From Paraspadella gotoi (taxonomy: Eukaryota; Animalia; Chaetognatha), in assembly GCA_051294375.1 (NCBI GenBank), contig CM119263.1:8974278-9038257 (forward strand): 63,980 nucleotides of DNA, written 5' to 3'. Numbering within the stretch: the first letter of the stretch is position 1; the number at the start of each line of letters is the position of its first letter. The notes beneath the pieces are model-generated. The model was given only the letters and a program-made list of their open reading frames with translations, was not told the origin of the DNA and made no database searches. Shown here piece by piece: positions 25,760 through 36,383 of this stretch. Made by a program: the position numbers and the translations under genes.

Positions 25760-27411
25760 TTTGGCACCGCGATGAACTCAGTGTCGGTTTACTTTAATAA
25801 AAGATTTCTCCTTCCCGTATTCCGTCTTATCGCGAGGGTGAGATCGGCTTCGATTTCAACTTAACCAGTCAAACAAATTAAGAGTCTCTTGACGATCGTC
25901 TCGGTTACCTCACAGTCTGACCTTTTTGTCCTCTTTGCCCCTCTTCGCCCTCTTACCCGCTTCGCCCTCTTTGCCCTCTTCGTCGTCTTTTTCCCTCTTT
26001 TGCCCCATTCTCATTCGACTTCTTTGGCTCTTTGCCCTCTCTTGCCTTCTTCGCACTCTTTGCTCTCTGTTTGTCCTCTTTGCCCTCTTCGTCCTCTTTG
26101 CCCTTTTCACTCTCTTTTCTCTCTTCGCCTCTTTGCATTCTTTGCCCTCTTCCTCTTCGTCCTCTGCTCTTGTGCTCTTTTTGCCCTGTTCGTCCTCTCA
26201 GCATTCGAACCTCGCTCTGTAATTTTTTTTTTACCTTTTTCAAAAACAACAACCATGGATACAACAACACAACAACCATCACCACGACGACAACTTAGCT
26301 CCAGAAATTTCGTGTCACCGATAGATTCGACTCGGACGCTTAAGTTGATGATCGTATTCCACATGGCTTCATGCGGCTTGTCTAATCTTTCACTCTATAA
26401 TCCTTGTGACCTTCTTTCAGTTTCAAAGCCTTTCTGTGAATCTTCACTGCCCTTTCCATTCTCACTATGCTCGTGACCTTGGCTTACTCTGTCCTTAGCT
26501 CTAATGTTAGAGCCAGAATCAAGGTGAAACAACTTTTACGGTAATATATGGAAAACAAACAATTATCATTAAACAAGAATCAGTGTCGGTTTACTTTAAT
26601 AAAAGATTTCTCCTTCCCGATTCCCGTCTTATCGCGAGGGTGAGATCGGCTTCGAATTTCAACTTCAACCAGTCAAAACAAATTAAGAGTCTTTGTACGA
26701 TCGTCTCGGTTACCTCACAGTCTGACCTTTTTGTCCTCTTTGCCCTCTTCGCCCTCTTTACCCGCTTCGCCCTCTTTGCCCTCTTCGTCGTCTTTTCCCT
26801 CTTTGCCCTCTTATTCTTTGCCCACTTCGACTTCTTTGGCTTCTTTGCCCTCTTTGCCTTCTTCGCACTCTTTGCTCTCTTTGTCCTCTTTGCCCTCTTC
26901 GTCCTCTTTGCCCTTTTCACTCTCTTTTCTCTCTTCGCCCTCTTTGCATTCTTTGCCCTCTTCCTCTTCGTCCTCTCTGCTCTTGTGCTCTTTTTGCCCT
27001 GTTCGTCCTCTCAGCATTCGGAACCTCGCTCTGTAATTTTTTTTTTTTACCTTTTTCAAAAACAACAACCATGGATAACAACAACAACACAACCATCACC
27101 ACGACGACAACTTAGCTCCAGAAATTTCGTTGTCACCCGATAGATTCGACTCGGACGGCTTAAAGTTGATGCATCCGTATTCCACATGGCTTCATGCGGG
27201 CTTTTTGTCTCACAGCTTTCACTCTATAATCCTTGTGACCTTCTTTCAGTTTTCAAAGCCTTTTTCTGTGAATCTTCACTGCCCTTTCCATTCTCACTAT
27301 GCCTCGTGACCTTGGCTTACTCTGTCGGCGGTAGCTCTAATGTTAAGAGCCAGAATCAAGGTGAACAAACTTTTACGGGTTAATATGGAAAACAAACAAT
27401 TATCATTAAAC
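25374..27411. repeat. Tandem duplicated segments around a 25-N gap (25374-25569 ~ 25600-25782; 25780-26580 ~ 26580-27411)
   Basis: Repeated unique text (TTGGCACCGCGATGAA; CAGTGTCGGTTTACTTTAATAAAAGATTTC), with indel-type differences between copies. Confidence 0.85.
26727..27015. repeat. Degenerate 9-bp tandem repeat (TTTGCCCTC / GAGGGCAAA), second copy at about 25921-26200
   Basis: About 30 units with 9-nt periodicity. The minus-strand frames read (RAK)n or (EGK)n. Confidence 0.85.
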
Positions 27412-27485
<74 letters not shown>

Positions 27486-28092
27486 GTGAGAGAGAGTTAA
27501 AGTGATTCGTCCAAAATTGGATCAGGGGTGAAAGCGTCAATCAAACCATGAGTTTTAATCCCTGGCGATTATATGTGAGGGGGGAGAGAAGCTCAAGATC
27601 GAATCATGAGATTATGTCATTAAATAATAAATTCCTTGACAGATTTTTATAAAAAATTTGCAGTTAAATAAAATTTGAAGGAAAAAAAAGTTGCTACTAC
27701 AAAGCCTTATAAAGCATTTAGTAACATCTGGCGGAAGATAAAAATATGAGACGAGAGTTCATTTTAGCGTGAGGTAGCTTAAAGCTAACAACGTGCATGT
27801 CATGTAATATTCGTTTGGACTTTGGATGTTGTCGCCTAAGTTCAAACAAAAAAATATTAAAACATTGCGTGCGTAAAAATCAGACTTTTCATGACTAAAA
27901 CATGATTTTCGGACCATTTTTTTACCCAATCAAACAACCGAGCGTCGTCGGAAACAAAAATCCGGTTCTTGTGCCGACTGCTGACTGAAAAATATTCAAA
28001 CTGATTGAAATTGTTCAAAAAAGTGAATTTATTTTCGACAAAAATTATTGAAGAACAACAATTTTGATCTCCCGAGTAACCCAACAAACGAA

Positions 28093-30047
28093 ATGGCGTC
28101 GATTACCGGTTTGCCTTTAAGCGATGGACGCTCTGTCCCACAACTTGGCTTCGGAACCATGGACTTGGCCGCTCCGGGGAAGATTGGAGAAGGGGTCAAG
28201 GTCTGGTCATTTTGATTTAGCAAAATTATTTGTCTCTTTAAAACCTGTTTTGTATAAGAATGTCAATTTACCAATTTCATAAACAAATTTTATGTAAAGG
28301 CGGCGATCGACGTTGGATATCGTCACATCGACTGCGCTCCCCTCTACCGCAACGAAAAGGAAGTTGGCGAAGCTATTCAACAAAAGATCAAGGAAGGGAT
28401 CGTGAAAAGAGAGGATGTTTTCATCACGAGCAAAATTTGGAATACGCATCACTGTAAGTTATACTTTGGTAGATCAGTAGGGCTAAATAAATTTAAGATT
28501 TTATTATTTTAAATAATGGGCAACTTTTTTTGTAAAACGTTTCGTTTTTGTTTGTTTCTCACAAACAATATTCAGTATGTAGGGTTTGTTGTTGTTGTCG
28601 TCGTCGTCGTCGTCGTCTCTCAAGGACAAAATATATTTAAAAAAAAAGAAAAGTATGTTAAATGTCATTTTTTATTATATTAATGTGCGGCATTATTTCA
28701 GCCAAAGAAAGGGTGGCGCAGAGCGTGGAGAAAACCCTGAATGATCTCCAGACATCCTACGTGGATCTGATGCTCGTCCACACTCCCATGGGCTTCGAGG
28801 AAGGAGATCAACCTTTTCCCGTCGACGCCGAGGGGATGTCAATCACGACGTAAGTAAATATAGCTTATGTTTAGCAGGCTTTATTTTCCGGAAGCTCCCA
28901 TTTTCAGCTTAAATTTAGAAATAAATTATTTTTTTTAGTTTAAAGATTAAATTAAAGGACAAGGATCAGGATTAGATTAGGTTAGGGATTATAGTTAAAC
29001 ATTTGATTAGGGTTAGAAGATAAGTTTGGAATTGGATTAAACATTTTACAAAGGATTAGGTTTAATTATTTTGGATACAAATTAAATTAAGGGATGTGGA
29101 AAAGAAATGGGGCGTTTTCGGAAAAGATTCTCTTTTAACGTGATGAGATAAATTGTAAAAAATTACAGCGATGTTGATTATCTGGAGACGTGGGCCGCCT
29201 TGGAAGAAGCTCATAAAGCTGGTCAGATCAAATCCATCGGTGTATCAAACTTTAATTCTAAACAGGTTTTCGTTGTAGCTTTTGCTTTTCTGTCCGTTTG
29301 TTCCCACTCTTCTGCTTAACCTCCCCCCACCCCCTTCTCTCCGACTCAGATTCAACGAGTCCTGGACAACTGCACCGTCCAACCGGTCGTAAATCAAGTG
29401 GAGGTTCATCCCTACTTCAACAACGATAGACTGATTAAGTTTTGCAAAGAAAAAGGCTTGGTTGTCACCGCCTACAGTCCCTTTGGGAATCCCGCCCGCC
29501 CATGGTGAAATGTTTTATCTTATCAGTTTTATTGTTTAATTTATAAAATATTTTCCCTCCGTCTTTCAAACAAAGGGCCAAGGCTGACGATCCAAATCTA
29601 CTGGAGGATCAAAAAGTCAAGGAAATCGCTGAATCTCACGGAAAAACTCCGGCTCAAGTTTTAATCCGGTTCGCGATCCAGAGGGGCGTCGCAGTCATCC
29701 CAAAGAGCGCCACGCCATCCAGGTCTGTCCGGAGATACCCTCTCTTTTCGTTTTAATCAGTCAGTTATTGTATTATTTCTTTCTTTTCGTTTTGCTTAAC
29801 AACGATAGGTTTTTATTTTCCGTACATGTTTCGTTCTAATCCAATGTTTTCTTTATAAATTTTTGTAGTTAATTTCCCCACGTTTTCTCTGCTCAGAATC
29901 TCTTCCAACTTCGACGTGCAAAACTTCGAGTTAAGCGAGGACGACATGACGGCGTTGATGTCGATGGATCGACCGGACGGACGGATCGTGAAATTCAGCA
30001 ACGTGTCCTTGGAATATCCCTTTCATCCATTTAAAGAAGAATTTTGA
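28093..30047 (+). CDS. Aldo-keto reductase, AKR1-like (7 exons: 28093-28200, 28300-28453, 28702-28849, 29169-29265, 29350-29504, 29576-29722, 29897-30047; about 319 aa)
   Basis: [34 protein letters not shown] (complete Asp/Tyr/Lys/His tetrad), [31 protein letters not shown] introns in phase. Confidence 0.96.
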
Positions 30048-31276
30048 TTTGGGGAAGAAGCTCTGATTTAATTGATCTGACTTATATTTCGTATAGTGTC
30101 TCTCGTCTTGGAAGTTTTTTTTTTATTCTTGACCAAATTGTTTTTAATTTAAGCGATTAAATTGATGTGCAACACTCGTTCAGCATCCAAATTCATGGAA
30201 TATAAAAGCACTCACTATGAAAAAAATTAACTAATGATTAGATTTTAAATCTAGTTATTTTTCAAAAAATAGATATTTTTTTAAGTAGATTACCTTAAAC
30301 CACAATAAAGAAATGAAATTATTGTATATGTAGCAGTCGAAATTTTGTAACTGTAGCAACAAGCACTGCTTTTTACTGTCGTATTTTTTTTTGTTTTTTC
30401 GTATTTTTAAATATTTAAAAATGAATCCGCGTCTACAGCCACGTTCATCGCATTGAACGCCAGATAATTACCCACATCGCCCGGTTTTTCCGTACGCATA
30501 ACTGCCCGTGTTTATACAAGGGATTAAGACCGTGAACTGGCTTATATTCGACCCGCGGCGATTTTTGGAAGAAGCGGCGTAAATTCGACAGCTTTTTTTC
30601 GATTCGTTTGTCACTCGGTCGATCTTAAAAGAAGTCAGTCTGTTGATTAAAATTAAAAGTCATTTGATTTGATTAACTGTCCATTGGTTTTGTCTAATTA
30701 TACTATCATAAATTCATTCTCAGCGGGTGCTAAGAAGAATTATCTGTCTGAGGAAAAAAATTCACCAGAATCTTGACCCCGAAATTTTGAGCCGAATTTT
30801 TGTGACGAAATATAAATCTCGAGCGAACTCGTCATCTTTCGCCTCGATTCACAGGACAAGTCGCCAACGGCTAAGAATCACTCGCTTCACTGATTCGAAC
30901 TAAATTTCTCAGAGAGAAAAGTTATAAAACGTAAAAATACGAAATTATAATTCATTCATGGAATTCAACAGAGAAATATATCACGCTCCCTTCCCAGTTC
31001 CACGGTTGGAAAAAAAAAATCAACGTTTCACGATTTATACAAACATAATACAAACGAATAATTATAACAAACTGTTAACGAATCAATAACAACGGATACG
31101 GAATTCGTCAATGCGGAGAAAATACTCGAAAAATGAAAAAAAAAGGTTAAAATAATAATAGCGGAATTCAAATAATTAAAGAGAAGGAGAGCAAAAGGGA
31201 TACGAGGAGACACGATCGAGAATAATTAATAATTAAAGGGAATTGGGAAGGACAGAGGGGTGGTAAGAATAATTAG

Positions 31277-34200
31277 CTACAACTCTATGCTGGTGTAATG
31301 TCGATCCCTCGCGTAGTTCATCATGGGATGCGGACACAGCGAAGTGTCCGAAAAGGCGATGTACGACTGACTGTAGTTGGACGCTCGCCCGTCCAGTCGT
31401 GGCGGTAACGTGTTAAACAGATTCTCCCAAAAGTTGGCCTCGCCCCACCGCAGGTAGGTGTATCCGTTGTGCGGGCCGAAGGAGGCCATTGTGAAGGCGT
31501 CCATAGTGTTCCAATTGGGCGCCCCGTTGGCTTCCACGCACAAGGTGTCCATGGAGACGACGATGAGCTTATGGCGACAATTTCTGAAGATCTTGGAGTG
31601 GAGGGGTCTGAGTTTGGGCATCTGGAACTCGTGGTTGATGTAGTTGGCGGTGACGACGAGGATGAGACGCCGCGAGAGGTCGATGGCGCTCATGTTCATG
31701 CGGGCGTTGAGTTCGGGCATGCCCGTCTGCGAATAGCAGAGTCGATAGCCCAAGTTGTTCTTCTCCAGCGGATTAATGATCTCGTGCTTGACGCGCTCTT
31801 GGTCCGCTGAGGCGTAGAGGATGAGGGCGTCGTAGAGCGGTTCCATCTCGGCCTCGCTTCCCGTGGAGGAGCGAGATTCGGCGCCGAGCGAAGAGTTGAA
31901 GTTGACGGCGCCGCGCCGACCCGTCATCCACCAACGGAGGCTTTGACGATGCCTGGTAGGGTTGGGAGAAAACAAAAGTTTTTTGTCATTAAGAAAATAT
32001 TCATGGGGATACTCTAACTTCTTAAAATTTTTAACATTTTGCAATAATTATTTTGTAGCTGTTTGACCGGAAATATTCATGTGTATTTAAGTTCTTATTT
32101 TCATTATTTTATTATTTCGACTTTTCCTCACCTGTACAATAACGCGGCCAACGCGATCACGATTAGCGTCAGCGTTGCCATGACGACGATAGATATGATT
32201 TGGACGTCGGTCAGCGCCTTCGGCGGCGCCCTCGTCGGTTCCACCTGCGTCCACCTGGCGCTGGATACCTGCTCGTCGGTACTACGCGAGTCTAGCGTGG
32301 CGTTGCGCGCGCGCGGTCTCGGCGTCGTCGCCTCCGCCGGCGTCGTCACGATGTCGCCACATTCGATCGCCAATTCGCGCATCGTTCGAGGGTCCAGCGC
32401 CGGGTAAAGCACGGCGCCGCGGCGCGGAGAGTGGCGCCGCCTACGTCGCGATCGGAAGCGACGCCGTCCGACCCCGCGTCGCGCTCTGGCGCCGGATTCT
32501 TCATCGCCCTCTTCGGCACCATCGGCGCCACCGCTCCTGCCGTTAGCCAGCAGGCAGCTCAAGTTCCGCACGTCGTAGATGATCTTCCGGTTGCGCGCGA
32601 CAAAAGTGGTGAAGACGCGCGTGAATTCGCACGTGCACGGGTACATGTTATCAGAAACGGTGAGCGTGGCGAGCGAGGCGGGCAGCGCGCGCGGCAGCGA
32701 AGCCTCCACCGTCGCCAGCGTCGTCAAGTGATTGTTGCTAAGCGTTAGGACGCGAAGATCCGTCATGTCGTCGAAGGCTCCGGATTCGACGAAGGAGATA
32801 GCGTTAAAGTCGAGGCGCAACTCTTGTAGATAGGGCACGCCCGCGAACTGCGCCGAGTAGATTTTGGTCAGCTTGTTGCTCTCCAGGTGAAGCGTGGTCA
32901 GCCGGGGCAAATCGGTCAACGCGTCCGACTCGAGAATCTGAATGTTGCTGTTGTTGAGGTAGAGGCGTTCGAGCTGGCGACGACCCGCGATGCCGTTTCT
33001 GGGAAGAGGGAAGATAGGAAAAAAATCGTTTGCATATTACGGTTCAAAGGGATGAAATTTCAGTGAGGAGGACGTAAATTAAGATCTTCAAATTTCAATG
33101 TCGCACATTGACAAAATAATCAAAATTAAAAATCCTTATGTTTTAGAAATTGAGAAGTCGTTGTGCCTCAATTACCTCGTGAGCCTCTCTAATCGATTCC
33201 CGTCGAGGAAGAGATCCTTCACCGTCACCGGAACGTAAGTTGACACCTTCCCCAGGTTCGCCTCCGAGCACCTCACGATGTGCACCGTCCACGCCAGATC
33301 CTTGTAGCAGGTGCAGCCGGTGGGACAGATCATGCGACCTTGGCAGGTGTAGTAATCGCAGCAGGCGCCGAACTTGGACCTGTCGCACCAGTCGGTGTAC
33401 TCGCAGACGAAGTCTTTCCCGCTCGCCGCGACGAGCAGTATGTTCTTTTTCTCGATGCGGCTGAAGCAGTAGAGTTGCTGCAGATCGGGCACCTTGGGCA
33501 GCCGCAGCATCGTCAGGGTGGCCTGAAACTCTTTGATGCGTTGCAGCCAGTTGTTCTGGCAATCGCACATTAGCGGATTGCCAGCCAGAAAGATGGAGGG
33601 CACCGACGCCGCCTCGGGCGAGATCTGCAACGCGCTCTGGGAGACGTGGCGGATCTTGTTGAAGTTGAGGTACGCGATGTTGAGGTTTTTCATCGGCTGA
33701 AAGATTTGGGCTTCGATCGTCTCGATCAAGTTGAAGGAAAGATCGAGGACCTTCAGGCTGTATTGGGGAGGGGGTAGGAACAGGGGGGAGGGAGAGAGAA
33801 AGGAATGTAGGGAAGAAAGTAGGGGGGGAAGTAGGAAGACGTGAAGTTTTATTTTAAAAGAGAGAGGAACGATAAAATGGCAGAGAGAAGTATAAAAGAG
33901 AAAATAGTACACAAGAAGAAGGAAAAATAAAAGAAAGGAAGGAAACGAGAAATGATAAGGGAGGGATAAAAAGGGAAAAAAAAGGGAAGGAGAGTTATTT
34001 ACGAGGAGTCATAATCTGCTCGAAATCTTGATCGACGCCTTAACCGACAAAACGATCGAGACCTAATTCTCGAAAATCTATCTTTCTCTCGGGCGATGTC
34101 GAGTAAAAACAAAAACAAGAACAACGAAAACAATCGTCCGCTCTTTGGCCCAAATTAAAAAGAACCCCGTTAGAGTTAAATACCTGTAAGGAAAAGAGTT

Positions 34201-34441
34201 GTGGTCGATGTGTTTGATCTTGTTGTGCGAGATGACGAGCGACTGCAGGACGTTAAGTTGACCGAAGACGCCAGTGATGTCTAATATGTTGTTGTGGGAA
34301 GCGTCGAGATGCTGGAGCCGCTTGAGATCGCGAAAGGCGTAGATCTCCACGTTGGTGACGTCGTTGGCGCTCAAGTCGAGGCTGGTGATGGAAGGCGTCG
34401 AGGCGAAGACTCCGTTGGAAAGGCTCGTCAATTTGTTGTGT
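31277..34441 (-). CDS. Toll-like receptor (multiple-cysteine-cluster, long Toll type), 3' four exons, intact copy (34441-34184, 33757-33176, 32998-32132, 31952-31277)
   Basis: LRRs; internal LRRCT/LRRNT cluster NPLMCDC..FVCEY..CCDYYTC..CPTGCTCY..IVRCS followed by LFLDGN and LYLNNSNI; second LRRCT NMYPCTC; TM IISIVVMATLTLIVIALAALLY; TIR (YDALILYAS..SRRLILVVT..LRW..FWENL). All junctions are phase-2 GT-AG. Confidence 0.93.
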
Positions 34442-34819
34442 CTGCGGAAAGGCGAGAAAAAGAAAGAGTGAGAACTGAGAAGTTGTGAATAGGAAGTGAT
34501 ATAAAAAGTTTCGCGAAGAATGATAAAGAAAAAAAACGATCGAGTCGTTCGCCAAACATATCGATCTCCTCTCTCTTCTCTCCTCTTCCTCCCCATGCTC
34601 TCCTCCGCCTTTTCCCGTCCCTCCCTCTCCCTCTCCATCTCCAGCTCCCCCTCCTCCGCAATAAAAACCGGTCGCTTAATCCGTTAATCGCTCCCTTCAA
34701 TTACGATTCGCTGCCCCGAATAACGAAGAAACTGGGGCGAGGTCGAAGACTGCCATGGATATTGTGGCCAAATATTGTGGAGAAATTGTGTGGTTGAGGC
34801 AGCTTAGAAAGACTGTGGA

Positions 34820-34897
34820 TAAGATTGCGGTGGCGTTTGTTAATATAATATTGTAAATATAATATGTTAATATAAGATTGCGGTGGCGTTTGTTAAT
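34820..34897. repeat. ~53-bp intronic tandem repeat (2 cores here; 3 cores in the copies at about 40185-40314 and 52901-53030)
   Basis: Repeated AGATTGCGGTGGCGTTTGTTAATA with identical AT-rich linkers. Confidence 0.85.
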
Positions 34898-35294
34898 AGA
34901 GCTTTGGATTCTCCCTCGGGAGTTCGAAGTTAACTGAAGCTGAGAGTAAGCTTGGTGTTCGCCGTAGCGACTATTAAAGGGTCATGATGGACTAGGGCTA
35001 GGATGTACGAGGAAGAGACGGATTGATGGAGAATGGAAGGGGGCGTTGATGGAGTCGGTCGTTGAAAGAAGATAAGTTTTGCTGAAGAAAAGGAATCGAC
35101 CATTGGAATTGTGAAGAGAAGAGCCTTGGGGAGAAGAAGGCGAAGGTGATTGGCTGGGGATGGGAGGTGGTGAGATTCTGATTGGAGGAGGAAGAACGAG
35201 GAAGATGGTGGGGAGTGTTAACGAATAGGCAACTGATCGGATAAATCAAATATACACATCAAATTTCATATGGGAGGAAGAGAGAGAGAGAGAG

Positions 35295-35345
<51 letters not shown>

Positions 35346-35615
35346 AGACGAGAAGAGCGCGCAACGGGTCCGGCATTCTCAAGAACAATAACGATATTAT
35401 TATCAAAAAAAGTCAGAAATTCCCCGGCGCGCCGCCCGGGATTCGCGGCGCCCCTGGGGGCAGAGAGAAACCGATGGTCGGGTCTTTAGAGGTCGAGGGT
35501 CAGATTGAATTCGTGTTGGGGGGAAGAGAGGGAATGAAGGAATAAAGAGAAAGAAAGGAAGAAAGATAGAAAGAAAAAGAAAGAAAGAGATAAAGAAGGA
35601 AAAAAGGACGAAACA

Positions 35616-35687
<72 letters not shown>

Positions 35688-36335
35688 AGGACGAAAGGAA
35701 GGAAGAAAGAAAGAGATGGAAAGTACCAAAAGCAAGAGAAAAATAAAGAAAAGAAGAAACTAAAAAAGAAAAAAAAAAGAGAAAGAAGAGAAAAAAAGTA
35801 GGATAAAAAAGAAGTAACAGGAAAGAAGAAATGTAAAATGGAAAGAAAGAAAAAGAAAGAAAGAAAGAAAGAAAGAAAGCGAGCGAGCTTGTCGAAAGTC
35901 GAAACCCGCGGGGCGGCCAACATTTTTTCGCCGCATTTGGAAAGAATTTTCGCCTCTGGGCTCCTGGGAATTAGGATGGGGAGAGATGAAGGGGGGAGGG
36001 AAGGTGGGATGACGGAATGTACGGACATAGATGAGTTGGCGAAACGAAAGGGGTTTGGTCAGCGCGAGATTTTAAAAGGTCAAAGAAAGTTGCCGATTGG
36101 GAAGTTTAATATTTAAATAGGAATTGCGGATACGGTCAGCGATTGCGTGAGAGTCGCGGACCGGAACTGGTGAGAGCGAACCATATGTCGTCGTTATCGT
36201 CGTCGTGGTCGTCGTCGTAATTGTGATCGTCGTCCTCTAAGAGGGGAGTCCGTATTCTTCCCCTCGGAACATCGGCTAACGATTCGACGAGAGGAAATCG
36301 ATTGTAAATCAAGAGATCTGCTTCATTCTCCCCCG

Positions 36336-36383
<48 letters not shown>

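Noticed and set aside
14406-25775. ORFs rich in SLSLSL, RERERE or FFLSF
   Set aside because: These are translations of AG/CT and GAAA microsatellites, with no domain content.
31458-33573. Antisense and alternative-frame ORFs over the Toll and FMO exons
   Set aside because: They are expected shadows of GC-rich coding sequence and have no recognisable motifs.
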